This document shows positions 1 through 16,687 of a stretch of 64,000 bases of DNA, one piece after another (positions within the stretch are counted from its first letter, which is position 1; every line of letters begins with the position of its first letter). The position numbers and the translations under genes were made by a program. A model generated the notes under the pieces. That model made no database searches. It had not been told where the DNA came from and worked only from the letters and a program-made list of their open reading frames with translations. This DNA comes from the human T2T-CHM13v2.0 reference genome, Homo sapiens. The stretch is from the NCBI RefSeq assembly GCF_009914755.1, contig NC_060927.1. One strand, 5' to 3'.

Positions 1-3000
1 TTTCCATACTATTTCTCTCTTCCTTGTACTCATCCTAAGAAGTCTTAAATCTGGAACATTTGTTTTTATCTTATCTATCTGTTTCCTGGCTACTAGAAAG
101 AAATTTTTTTAGCACTCATATCACCCTACCATGAAGGTCTAAATGTAAGATGACTGTAGGACTTGAAACAAAAAAAAATTAAAAAGATCCACACTCATTC
201 TTTGATTTTGAAGCAAATGTCTTTCCCTATTTCTAAAGATATTTGTGATTGTTTAACTTAAAAGTGAGAATTGACAATCTAAAAGCATCTCTATCCTTTT
301 GAAACAGGTCCAGATTGGTTTATTTCCTAAAATGTGGGTCAGTTTGGAAAGTGGCCATTTGATGGGCCAGGAACATAGCAATAAACAACTACCTCTTTGC
401 TCCTCCAGATTAGATCTCCCACTCCAATCCAGCTTCTTCCTCTTTCCACAAAATAATTTGTCAACTATTTTAGAATGTGACATATTTGGGAAGGATAAAT
501 GTACAGTAGGAATATGTCTACTGCTATGCAAACCTGGCTGGTCCATTTTGTCATGGACTACAATGATTATATCACCTCATTAAGAATTCTTTAGGGATCC
601 TCCACCTCCTCCCCCACTCCCTTTTTTTTAAGAGACACTTCCTTTACAGGGAAAGGATGATAGACTCCTCAGGGTTTCAAGTCACCTGCAGCTTTTTCTC
701 TACATGTTCTACCAAAAGAAAAGGTGGATTCTAACCCAATTGCTTAGCATTTTACATGGCAAATCAGCATTAAGGCAAATGGGTCTCTCTCAGATTTGAG
801 AAACAGAAAGCTACACGTGGCCCATAATGGCACCTAAGATCAACTTTTCAGGCGGTATTAGTGAAAATTCTTCCTACTTTGCTAAATTTGAACAAAGACA
901 CTTTCAAATCTACTGTGAAACAGTTTAAAATATTTTAAAGTGGCTTTTGGCCTTCTTTCATTTGTAACATGTATTGAGTGATTTCATGTCATTGTCTCCT
1001 AGCTTTAAGAGTTTTTTTCTTAAGGTCAATCTTCTCTTTTCATTTTATGGGTGGAATCACTTGTTTTCCAAAATATCAAAACAATTCCATGACATAGTTA
1101 ATTAATGCTCCCTCTATTGGTGGTAAGTGGAAATATTAGTCTTATAACACTGCTATTTTAAAAAGCAAAATTAGCAATAGAAAAATGAACTTACTTTATC
1201 TCGGAAGCTGTTCCTCACTAACTGTTAAAACAGATCAGTTTTGGACATACAGTTCTTGGCAGGACTCCTCTTAGAAATCACAATAGGTTACACTTAATAG
1301 TCAGTTAACCACCCAAGTTTACATTAAAACTTCTAGCAAAATATCCACTGAATTAAGCACTGTGGGACCAAATCAAACTCACAAACACTTCAGTTACACT
1401 AACCTTACAAAGCATCACAAAGAACTTATGAAAAAGATCCAAGTTAACCAAATGTCTAAAATATATGAATAAAACCAATTTAGTCATTACAGAGTTGTTT
1501 GTGTTGGAAGATTTTCCCTCGTTTGCTGCACAGTTTTTGTAAATAAAATGCTGACAGGAAAATTAGAAGGAAAATTAAATTAAAATGTAATGTAATTTTG
1601 AAACTAAAATACGCTCTCCTTTCTTCTTTTTAAAACTGTAGTTTGGTGTTTTGCTTTGTTTAAAGATTTGCTTTCCCCTAAGTATGTTAAAATATGCCCA
1701 GCAATGAAATCACTTTGGGAGTTTCAGCTAGGTTTAAGAATTCCTATATTTGAGCTGGAATCCCTTCAGGACACTGTCTATAATGAAAATGTCTCTATTA
1801 TAACACCTTGATCAGGACCGAGGAGAGAAATCCCTACTAGGAAGAGAGAGTGGCATCTGGTATGATGCAATAGATTGGTGGTCTTTTGAATGGTGGCTGT
1901 TGGCATCTGGGAATTTTTTTGTTAATTTCCCTAAAACCTTTCGAAGAAGCAAGGGTTAATTCGTCATCTAAAGAATGATCATCTTATTCAGCCCTCTTAA
2001 CCATGGTGGAAACAGTCAGAAGGTGATATTTGGAAGGAAAAAAGTAATTTTGGCATCAATGCATCTTGATCTATAACAGGCTTCTCATAATGATGCTCTT
2101 TGTAGTTGGGAAGGGTGAGGAGCTATGGCAGAGTTTTGTGAACTCCTCTTCCTGGCTGATCACAAAAGAAAAGACCCCATTTATCAAGACTTCTAGACTA
2201 TTAGTGTTTCACTAAGAAAAAAAGTAAAGTCAATAGAAATTCTAGAATTGTAAGATCTCAATGAAATTTTGGAGAAGCAAGCAATCTCTTTCTGAAAGAT
2301 AAAGTCTCTTCCATGAAAAAGAACAGAATTCTAGATGAATCAGTTGAAAAAATTATTCAGTGGGGCAACTTAAGCTTGCTAAAGTCAAAGAACTACATAT
2401 CAAAATACAAAGCAGCAATTCAAATTACAGCAGGGATGGGCTGGCCACAGAGGCCCTCATCAACCCAGGCAATACTTAAAATAATAAAAATTAAGAAAAA
2501 TTAAAAAAAATATGAAGAAAATATCCTTCCTCTCTTTCAAATATAACTTTAGTTGCCTTTTATTCTTTCTATCTGGAAGCAGTATCGCTAACCTTAACAG
2601 TCTTGACTTACCAAAAAATATATATATGTGTGTGAAATAAAATAAAAGAGAAGGAATTGGTGGCAGTGTATGCAAAACCAAAATGAAAAAAATTACTTTT
2701 AACAATTTCACTTTTTTTGTTTTTTTTTTTACACAAATACTGTTGTAAATATATTAAAAAAATCAGCATTCTATCTGGTAAACGTCACTTTTGCCCCTCT
2801 ATAAAATTTTGAATTAAAAAAGCCTCAAGAACTTTTTATTGTTCCCCCCACCCTCCATTTCTTTTTCTTTTTCTCTTCCACAAGAATATATCCTGACACT
2901 TTTTTTTTTTTTTGCAAAGATTGTTGGAAATAATCCTTCTCTTGTACCTAGAAACATAGGTGCAAATTTCTGATATCTTTGTTTTATCTGCATTCCTGCC

Positions 3001-3811
3001 TTTCATGAAAGTCCCTCTTGATTGTGCTGAGGCTGTGGCTCAGCGAAGACACTGAATAAATACGATAGCCACTGTTGCTTGTTGCTTGTCCAAGTCTTCC
3101 TGGCTTCTGCTGCAAGAGGGGGATATGGAGAAGGTGGGCCAGGGTGTGTGGACCCGGGCAGAATCTGGGGAAGAAGCCTGCCATTCGTCTTTCTTTCCCA
3201 CACCACCGAACCCACTGCCCTTCCCACCCCCACAGCCCTTTTATGAAATCAGACAACGTGGTAGGTGGAAAACAGCAGGGCCTTTCCTCTGGGTTTTCAA
3301 CCAGAAGTGATATTCCACAGTTTTAACTGGTTACTGTGAAGTCCAAGCGGCCAGAATTGTGAAAATGTCCACTGAAACACTGCAAGCGGTGTACTTAAAG
3401 ACAGTAGGCCTTTTAGATTTTGTTATATATTTTTTGTAGTGCTCTTCACAAGTGGAAATTTTTTTTTTTTTTTTACTTTTTTTTAAAAGATTTTTTTGTA
3501 AAGAAGGGTTGTATTTAGAGGCCAGTAGCTAGAGATCCAACCAGTGGACCTCTTGAAGCACTACCAGGCCTTAAGGCCACCATCCGAGGGAGACTGGGAA
3601 AACTATTATTCACCCAAGCCTCCGGAAATGTAATGTACCAGCAGGCAAAAAACAGTTCTTCATGTAGTACAAAATGAAACGAAACAAAAACAAAAACAGA
3701 AAGTAAAAATGAAACCAAAACATTTCTTAAATTCTAGTGCCATAGCTTTTTTGTTTGTTTGTTTTTTGTTGTTGTTTTGTTTTGTTCATAAGAAAGAGAG
3801 AAAGATACTAC
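1..3811 (-). other. ZBTB20: ZBTB20 3'UTR, proximal part; probably continues past the left edge of the window
   Basis: Lies directly downstream of the TAA at 3814-3812. No recognisable Alu in 3.8 kb, AU-rich, with several minus-strand AATAAA hexamers. Confidence 0.8.
2835..2840 (-). terminator. Candidate proximal poly(A) signal AATAAA
   Basis: Plus-strand tttatt at 2835-2840, followed on the minus strand by U-rich sequence (GAGGCTTTTTTAATT...). Further AATAAA hexamers at 2564-2559 and 324-319. Confidence 0.45.
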
Positions 3812-4360
<549 letters not shown>

Positions 4361-5760
4361 TTAATGGATCATTCTCGTTTGGAAAAATCCAGGCCCTCCT
4401 AGCCTCTCATGTGCAGAGAAATTTTGCTTTATGGTGATGCCAGGACAGTTTTGTTTTCCATTTCCCTGTGCCATAAAACGGCTTTCTTGGAAAGCTACCA
4501 GATATTCCCCACTAAAAGTCTTCAAGGTCACTCCGTGGAAAAGGGAGGGCTACTTTTGAAGGGGGTCACTTTCAGTGTCCTGATTAGGGGATTTAGTGTT
4601 TCCCATTAACATTATCAAACAAATAGAAGAAATAAGAGAGAAGAAAGATCGTTGGAGACATGGGGTGCTCTAGAATCCTTGAGAACTAAGGATATTGGTC
4701 ACTATAGCTTGGTTCCTTGGGGTAAGTCCCCACTTCTAGTAGTCTAAGAAATACACCTATGTGTTGATTGTGAGTTTGGAAAATATTTGCCAACACAGGA
4801 ATACGTTATTTTGAAGAGCTATACTTTCAAGTTTATCTATTTTAGACAGAAATCTTTCTAAAATATAACTTAAGGGTTAATTGCCTGTTCTCTATTGACT
4901 GTAGTGAGCTGCAGATTGGCCTCATCGGGTGTAGAGGCTGAGTAGGCGGTGGGCAACATGATGATATCAGACTCAAATGATCCTATTCAAATCTGGGCAC
5001 CAACACACTACACTCCACTCTGACAAATCACCAAATGCCTCTGAGGTATACAGTCCTACTTACCTCATTGTGCTGGTGTTGACATAAAATACATATGAAA
5101 TCACTTTGCAGACCACCAAGAGCAGTGTGGGAATACATGCATGGTATTCTTATTACAAGGATACCTCCCACCCCCATTAAATGCTTCCATATGCCTTTTG
5201 AACTCTTGGGTCAATTTTTAAAATAGTTTTCCTGCGTCCTCCTTTGCTCTCAGCCTGTTGGCGGAAACCCTTGTTTTTCCTCAGTTTACTGCTTTGGTTT
5301 GGCTTAGAAACCAAATGATCAAGTTTGTTACAAACAGTAAGGTAAATAATAATACTCAGTGCATGAGGTATTCTTAAAGTCCATGGGTCCGTGACATCTC
5401 TTTAAGATGATTACTTAAAGACTTGTTTTCTTTGTGCTGTTTGTTCTCAGCTCTGCTCCTGACAGGTGAGATGAACTGCGTGTTTGGTCCATCTCTACCA
5501 CCTCATTCCTGACTGCCCAGTGTAGGCCCTCACCTCAGAGAAAAAAGTCCTTCCATGATCCAAACTAAAACTGAAAGCCTCTGAAACTCCTTAGGATAAT
5601 ATTTCAACATTTGGACTATGCATCAAGGTAAGAAGTCTTTTAAAATTTGAGCTAACTTCCACTTAAAATATATGCCTTGACTGTTTTTCATTTTTTCCCA
5701 TTATGAAATAGGAGAGCTTTGATGTATTATGGTAATAGCAGCAATGAAAACAATCACCAT

Positions 5761-5833
5761 GTATTGAGTGCTTACTATGAAGCAAGGTTGGTATTAAGTG
5801 CTGACTATGTAGCAGGGTTGGTATTAAGTGCTG
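5761..5833 (+). repeat. 30-nt tandem duplication (about 2.4 copies) in an old MIR-like relic
   Basis: gtattgagtgcttactatgaagcaaggttg / gtattaagtgctgactatgtagcagggttg / gtattaagtgctg. Confidence 0.85.
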
Positions 5834-7309
5834 TATGTTCATGATCCATTTTATTAAACTTTCTCTCATCAGGAATTTGTTGTTATTGTGTTTTCAAACA
5901 TAAACAGATATGTTTTGAAGCACACTGACCAGACAGTATGCTGCATAAGATCACATGGTTAGAAGATAATTTTACTTTTAGATTAAAACAGGAAAGGTTA
6001 GGGAAGCCTCATTGCTAATAATCTCAATTTGCTGAAGACTTCAGTCTATGCATAGTGTTTACATTGGTACCTTTTTTTTTTTTGAAGTAAGAGATTCCCT
6101 AAGAGAGACAGTCATGCATGTTTTTAGCTGAAACATTTCTGTCAGCTGTAAACATGCCTGGAAGTCAGCTGGTCTTTGCTATCCTCATGCTTTCAGACGA
6201 TTTATAGAGGCTATGATAGGCTGGCCAACTATCATTTAAAACGTGTCCACCTGTCACCTTTTATGGGAAGCGTGCCTTAAATTCCAGATGGTATTTTGGC
6301 TGCTAAGAAGTTGAAACTTCACCTATGTTAAAATGCTCTGCTGTTTGAAACTTTCACCTTCTGTGTGTTTTTCCTCGAGGCAAGGTCACTGATGAAGACT
6401 TTATTTTCACACTCTTCTAATCTGTCTATAAATTGATTCCTCATAGTTGTCATGTTTCTCTCTATAGCATATATAGGTATGTTGTTTGTGTGCATGTAGT
6501 ATTGGTTCTACCATTAATTATCCATGTGACCCTGGGCTTTTTAAGTGTTTTCATTTCTCTGGGTTTATTTCATTTTCTGTATGTGAAGAGTTGGACCAGG
6601 CAGTTGCACATGGTCCTTTGTGGATTTAGTGGTCCTGAGTCCGTGGTGGACTGCAACCCCTGAGGACTCTAGTCCTGGCCTTGTCAGTGAATGACCCAAG
6701 GGCAACCTACTTAGTCACTGAATGCATTAACAGTCTCACATTTTAAATAAGACAAAGTATCCTGTTCCCTTCCCTGCCACAGAACAATGGTATGTTACTT
6801 AATAAAGAGAAATGTTTGCAAAGAACTTGGGAGCTCCTTAAAGGAAGGTGCTCTCTATAATTATTAAGGTGCTGTGATGGTGAAGTGTAGGTATTTCAGA
6901 AACTGTCTTACTAAATGGGGTATATTTTCAGATTAGTGAGGTGCTCACAACTTTCATTTCTGTATGAATTTGAAACGCAGTCACTCAGCAGGAATGAATG
7001 ATTGTGTTTTAAGAAAATTTTTTTTCCCACTATTTTCTTGCATATTACTTACAGCAATCCCAAAATGGTTTTAGACATTATGCATAAAATGGATGAGGTC
7101 TGTCGATTGTTGCTCTCCAAGTAAAGAAACAAAAAGTGAAGATAAATGGTCAGAGATGGTTTTCCAGGTTTAAGCCTATGGTCAGGAATGGCAAGTCTGA
7201 TTTGTCAGAAGGGGACACAAAGTAAAAAGTGGATAATTGAATTATAACATCAAGGGGAAGGTCATATAAGTTCCTTCACTTTAAATGATCCATTTTGGGC
7301 CTATACAGA

Positions 7310-7490
7310 TGTAGGAGTCAGATATGAATTCCATTTCCTTGGCTGAGTGACTTGGGCATGTCATTTAACCTCTATAAGCCTCAGTTTCCTTATCTATAAC
7401 TTGAGAATAATATAGTAAGTACCTGTCTCGTGAAGGCGTTTTGAAAATTGAAGAGATAAAGCACTTAGTACAGAGCATGTGGTCATTTTA
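7310..7490 (+). mobile_element. MIR SINE
   Basis: MIR core: gtgacttgggcatgtcatttaacctctataagcctcagtttccttatctataa. Confidence 0.75.
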
Positions 7491-8572
7491 AGAAAAATTA
7501 AACTGTTCCATTCATCACAAAGGAACCAAGGATAAATGAAACCAACTGCAAAATGACTTGCATGGCATATGGAAGTCAATCCTGAATTTTTAAAAAATTA
7601 TTTCAGATAATCAGTAAAACAAGTGATTATATTGCAGCTATGTAATTCAGAGTTAAAGGTATCGTCTACTCTCTCAATTACATATGCGAATGGCAAGAAG
7701 TGGTATATGGATAAAATGTCAGCACAGAGCACAGACAGAGGATTTCCTAGGAAACCCGTGACTGAGCACTGGAGGCACAGAAACCAAACAGCAAGGGAAG
7801 AAACTGAGGGGGAGGCAGTGCCCTTTACTGCCTTGCCAAGGGTGTTGGGCGTGGTAAAAGTATACGTTTTTCTCAATTTTTCAATGCCTGCTCATCACCT
7901 TCTTCTCAAGGACCAGCTCTGACACTTAACTCTACCATGACTGAAAAGTGAAAAAAAAAAAAAAAGGAAGAAAGATCCTGCTTAGGTTAGAAGATGCAGA
8001 GGGTTCTGCCTGAAGCTCACAAAGTTCAAGTAAAAGCCATCCTAATGGGTAAAGACACCCCAATTTTGAATAGGAACCTCTTGCACTGGGGGCTCAGCAA
8101 GAACCCACTTATTCTACTGATTTTTTTCCCCTCATTTTAACCAAGGCTTCTCCTGAGCTGTGAAAAAGACAATGAATGCTGTTATCAGGAGATTTTTCAG
8201 AAGCACTGTTCCTACCTGACTCTCCTGTTCTCTCTGCCTCCCCATCATCTGCCCTAGTACAATGCCCTCCTCTTTCGTGAGTACGGTGATGGGTCAAAAA
8301 ACCAAGACAGGGTGCTTGATGAGACAGCAGGCAGCAAGGAAGGAGGAGAAAGAGGAGAAGGTGGGTAGCAGAAGGTGGCCACTGGTGAGGAAAGCAGAAG
8401 GAACACTTGAAAGTCCAGGTCCTCTGAATGGGGAACATCAAGACACGACCAGAAAATGGGGAAGGTTCCATATTAACAATGGAAGTACATTCAGATGGAA
8501 TCATATGGAGCTTTTACTGGCTGCAGAGTCTAGTCTCCGTCAAGAGACGTCTGTTTAAAAGGGGGCCCACAC

Positions 8573-8965
<393 letters not shown>

Positions 8966-9339
8966 CTAAGAGGGACTGCCTATTGGGAACATGCTGCATT
9001 CACAAAATATCTGTGGCTTCAGTGACAACTAAGATATTTTAGTTTTAAGCAGAACTTTGGAGAGTTTCATCCATGCTACTTGACTTTTCTTAAAATTTTG
9101 TGAATAGAGTGGATATTAACATCCCCAGAAAATAGCATCTCCAAGTAGAGAGTTGTACTAACATCTTGAAGGTCATCTAAGAAGTCAGTAGCACCTGAGA
9201 GTATAATACTAGCCCAACCAGATTATCTTCCTCTCCCTTGTTAACAACTCCTTGTTCTCTGGATTATGCTGCAAAATGTATGATGCTACTATAACACATA
9301 TTAATGGCTTTGATAGTTTTACAGCATTCATAATTAAGT

Positions 9340-9510
9340 GTTTTCACATAAATTATGTTATTCAATTCAAAGAGCAATCATGTAAAGTAAGTACTACAGA
9401 TCTGAAAAACTGAGGCTTAGGTCAGTTACAGAACTTAGCCAAAGTGACTCAGCCAGAAAGTGGTAATATCATGGCCTTCTCACTCCAAGCCTTATACTTG
9501 TTACTTTACA
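9340..9510 (-). mobile_element. MIR fragment
   Basis: aaaactgaggcttaggtcagttacagaacttagccaaagtgactcagccagaaagtgg resembles the antisense MIR core. Confidence 0.6.
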
Positions 9511-11464
9511 CCCACTGGCTTGATATAATTAATAGTCCAAGCTCCATATGAGGATTAACACATTATCTTCATATGACTATTATGGCCCAATCACCAACAT
9601 TGTTATGCTACTATTGTTACTATGTCTATTTACACTGAATTCATGGCTGAAATAGCTGAACTTCTCAAAGTAATAAGCAAAATTACCGTATGTGCAGAGG
9701 ATACCAATGGGCTAAAAACAGTCACCAGTGAACGGGCTGTTGATAATATGATTCAGAAAACGCCAAAATATTTATCTCTTGTGGGTAAAAAAAAAACACG
9801 AAAGTGTGAACACAGATATGTGTACAATATATTCTATAGCAAATAAAAAAAGAGAAAAAACAAAGAAATTTAAAACTCTTGCTGTGAAAAGAATGTATCT
9901 GTGTATAAGTCCCTTGAATTAAATTCTCCTGGAAAGCGTGTTCACATTTTAAAATTTTCTTTTATTTATTTTATTTCAATAGTTTTTGGAGATCAGGTGG
10001 TTTTCGGTGAATGTGCACATTGACCAAATGAATGGGCATGTGAAAGTGTGATATACATGTATATATACGTGTGTGAAATGTATGTCTCTGTGTGTGTGTG
10101 TTTCCGCTCTCACAGAGTTTACATTCTAAAGGGAAGGTGTAAAGATAATACATGATGATATGAATAATACAAGTCAGTCCTGCTAAATACCAGAAGGGAT
10201 ACATTTGCCATGTGACCTATGTAATTTGGAAGACTCAACTTACCTCATATGTGAGTGATTAGTTTCTGTGATATAATTTATCCACTACAAAATCAAGCTT
10301 TGATCCATAATTTTGATTTACTTTTTCTAAACAGATTCTTATTAGTGGAATTTTAAAAAATGTTATGTAACAAAAGCAACCTGATGCCATTCTTCTAATT
10401 ACCCAGGCTCACCTCTCTAGGGAATTGATTCTCAACTTCAGCATGAACCAGGGCTTGTTACACAGATTTCTAGGCTCCATTGCCTGAGTTTCTGATTTAG
10501 GATGTCTGGGGTGGGGGTGAAGGGTGGGGGAACATAATTTGCATGCTGCTAGTGTAGGGATCACACTGCTCCAGGGTTATCTTTGAATTTGCCCTATTGC
10601 TTGCCTTCCACATCCATGTTGACACCAAGGCTTATCCTTCTTGTATTCTCTGTCTTTCCCTTTCATTTCCATTCCTTTATTTGACTTCTGCTTTTTTCTC
10701 TTGATGAAGGGGGTAGAGGGGAGCACTGCTTTCTTCCCTGACAGGATGGTTTGTATTATCTTTGTTTTTTTCTCTCTAATTCTGTTGCTTTCAAACATGC
10801 CCTTAACTCTTAGTTTCCTTTCTCACAACTTTTATGAAGCTGCAGTAAGTGAATGAAAGAAACTCCTAGAGATAAGGAAGTCCTCCGTGGTTTGTTTAGC
10901 AGTGGATAAAGAGTGGTTAGGTGAGGAATTTTCTTTTACTGTTATAAAAATTGTTAAGAAATAAAAAAATTCTTGTTATGAAGAATATTCAAGAGCAATC
11001 TAAGGAGTATAAAGGAGTTTCAGAGTTTAAATTCCAAAGAGGAAGGACACATGTCAAGCATGTATTATTCAGAGACAGGAAATAGAGCAAAGAAACTAAG
11101 TGTCTCCTGGGTAGTAGGGGCGAAAAGTAATAATGATGAGGATTTTTAATTTTTCTAATTAAGTAACACTTTGCCTCTTCTGAAAAGCTCTCACATGCAT
11201 CATACGTTTACATCAAAAGGCAGAAAAAATCATTTTTATTTTAAACTCAAAGAAATAGACAGTTGTGAAATTAACTGATTTGTTGAAGGACACACAGGCA
11301 TTTAGAGGAAACAAAACTGGATCCAAATCATCTAATTACAGTACAATCGTCTTTCATTTATGCCTCTACTTTAAATTTTTGGGTTATAATCACTATGAAA
11401 TATGCTTTACAACTAAAGCTTCCTTGATTCTTAAAGGTAGAGCTTAGCTCCAAAGCCAATATGA

Positions 11465-11821
<357 letters not shown>

Positions 11822-11877
11822 TAACATAGAGCAGTACAAGATTTTAATTGGAATATGAATCTTATAATTTATTCTCT

Positions 11878-11882
<5 letters not shown>

Positions 11883-11916
<34 letters not shown>

Positions 11917-12012
11917 GATAGGTACCCAGGTTGGCCTCGAAACTCCTGGGCTCAAGTGATCTTCCCGCCTCAGCCTCCTGAGTATCTGGGACTATTGGTG
12001 TGTACCATCACA
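11883..12012 (-). mobile_element. Alu monomer (FLAM-like) with long poly(T)
   Basis: About 30 T, then aactcctgggctcaagtgatcttcccgcctcagcctcctgagta. Confidence 0.85.
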
Positions 12013-13719
12013 CACAATTTATATCTGCAGTTGTTGAAAGCAACTACCATCTATATTAAACTTTGGAGTTACTGAATTGCTAAGACAGTTACTCTGCAGG
12101 TCTATTGGTTTGCATAGCAGCTGTAATGGAGAGAACTCAAATTTCTTTTTAACTTTGTCAAGCTATTCTTTTTTTTTAGGACTCTTTTTGGTTAGAGTAT
12201 GGGTGGGAACACAGAGTCCAACTCTACTCTTACAAGTATCCCCGTGCTTTCTAGAATCTTTTTATACTAACATTTGGACTTTTTGCTTTGAATTTTTATC
12301 ACTTCCACTGGGCTCTTGGAAAGTTTTGAGGCTCCATTTTTTTATGTTTTCCCTAGAAATTGAAAAGAACTTTGTTTGGAAATGCGAGCTACAATGAACC
12401 CAGGTCTTGAATTATTTCCACATGTTCCGGCTGTCTTGCTTTTTGAAATCTAGACCAATTGTTCTAAAACTTTGTTAGGTTAGGGGATCCTTCAGTTAGA
12501 CAATAGTCTTGAAAGACTGATAGGATTTCCAAACTGCCACTGCCAAATAATTCTGGAATGAAAGGGAAGAGCATTACTTCTTTTAAATTAGGTGCCTGAT
12601 TGATATATGCACATTATTATTTTCAGATGGGGCTATATTATACACACCATTACAATAACATTCATAATTTACTGAGGATGTTCATAATTTACTAGAAAAC
12701 TGAAGTCCACATTTTAAGCATAACTCAGATTTATAAAATGACTCTACCTATAGCTTTTGCATCTGTGTCTGAGTGCACAAATCCTTTGCTGGTTTTCTTA
12801 TGTCCAAATCTAGTTATCTCGGTTAACCACAGAATCCTTCAGTGAATCCATTGGAGAAATGTATTTATACATCACGAAGATACTTTTTGGTAGTACATTG
12901 AAAATTTTATGTTGCAAATTTAAAGACTTATTTTATTATGTGATCTAACAGAATGTGTGAATTTTACATCTGATAGGTCTACTTGAAGAGATGTACAGAG
13001 GGGAGAGCAGATATGTTTATGGATCCAAGACCAGCAAAGTCAACTTTGGTTAAGGAGATACTTTCACAGATGGTCCTTCCTGCACCCCTCCCCCATGTTC
13101 CTTAATTTAATGGCTTATAAATCAGCTATCCAGGGGAGGAAAGGATATAAACTATGTGACAGCACTCTATAAATCATAAGATGCTACAAAATAAAAACAT
13201 TACTATTTGATTAATTCACCTAATAATGGTGATATCCATACCATATGGAAAATTTCTTGTGATTTACCTCTGGTTATTAGTACATTCACATTTATCCCAA
13301 GTAAACAAAGCAACTCACCACTACCCAAGTTTCTTCATAAATTCAGTAGTGAGTCACTCTGTTTATTTGGAAGTGTGAATACTGTGATCTTTAAAAACTG
13401 ATTCTCATAAAAGTACATACATTAATTTACATAATGTCCTGACTTACATTACCCTGCAAAGAAGGCAAAGTTCATCTTAAGCAACGTTCTGTTTCAGTTG
13501 TACAATTCCATGTTTGATGCCTTGCCTCTATCTCTGTTGCTTTCCTTCCCTTCAGTCCCCAATCTAAACTTCACTGTTTTATGTCTTCTCTCTTGGATTC
13601 CTACTAGCTGATCTGAGAAACAAGGTTGTTTTGAGAAACTAATTTGTTTTCATGTATCAGAATTCGAGTATGTAACTTTTCCCTGGTAAATTATTTGTCA
13701 TTTAATAAGGGTATTCTGA

Positions 13720-14018
<299 letters not shown>

Positions 14019-14504
14019 GAATTTCAAATATAATGATCATCACTGTTATAGGTATTCTTAGGTCCAAGAGAATCTAGGTGACATCACAATCGCTTATGTG
14101 CTCACTTATATGGAGGCACATCCATGGAATGCCCAATTCTATGGGAATTCCATATCTCTGTACCACTATGGAGCTATGAAAAAGGATTGGCTGAGAGATC
14201 AGAAGATCTTAGCTCTGGAATCATAGAATCCAGGGATGAAACATGATCTTGCCCATCTTGATGACTGAATCCTGTGTACAAAATCCCTAAAAATGTTCAT
14301 CCATTCTCTCCTTGAATGCGTCTAATTACAGAAACTCACTCCATTTAAAGGCAGTCTATCTGATATTAGAGCAGATCTGATTGTTAACAAAATTTTTCTT
14401 TTATTTTGTGGAAAGGATCTCCTGATAGCATCCAATCATTGGTCTAGTTCCACCTTTTGGAGCCAAACTATACAAACTGAATGTCTCCTCCTCTTAACCA
14501 TCTT

Positions 14505-14760
14505 AATAATAGCTACCACTTATAGAGCACTTATTATATGCTTGGAAGTACTCTAAAGACTTCACATGTATTAATTTATTCTCAAAACAGCACTATAAGG
14601 AAGGCGTATCACGATTATTCTCATTTTATACACAAGGAAACTGAAGTATAGACAAGTTAAGTAATTTTTCCAAGGCGACAAGGTTTAGTAGTAGCTAAGC
14701 CTGAATTTACACCCAGGCCATCTGGCTGGGTGTAAGAGCTCAAGCTCTTCCTGACTACAG
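14505..14760 (-). mobile_element. MIR SINE
   Basis: attctcattttatacacaaggaaactgaagtatagacaagttaagtaatttttccaagg. Confidence 0.75.
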
Positions 14761-15034
14761 TATGCTGCCTCTGAAACACAAATACTTGAATATGGCTTAT
14801 ATAATGACCTGAGTCTTCTCTTCTGCAGTCTGGACATCCCTAGGACATCCCTTCTCCATAAAGGGTTCCTGTGACGGTGTCTCTTGGTGGCAGGGTGCTT
14901 TGTTCTTATGATGGGAGGAACACAGTTGGGGTTTCTAGAAGAGGCTTGTGGTGGGGTCTGTTTAAAATCTGAAAGATGATCCCAAACCTTCCCTTCTACC
15001 TGCTCTCTTACCTTGCCTTCCCACAGCCCCCTCA

Positions 15035-16687
<1,653 letters not shown>

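Noticed and set aside
1-3811. MIR568 hairpin, which I recall lying in the extended ZBTB20 3'UTR
   Set aside because: No such hairpin recognised here; it probably lies beyond the left edge.
5761-5833. 30-nt repeats as a CRISPR-like array
   Set aside because: Head-to-tail copies with no spacers, in eukaryotic DNA with no cas genes.
10508-10530. G4 motif ggggtgggggtgaagggtggggg
   Set aside because: Deep intronic, on the strand opposite the mRNA and inside a MER5-like relic, with no supporting context.
14125-14153. Imperfect hairpin atggaatgccca...tgggaattccat; similar small ones near 25896-25925 and 50109-50128
   Set aside because: Stems are short enough to arise by chance in 64 kb.
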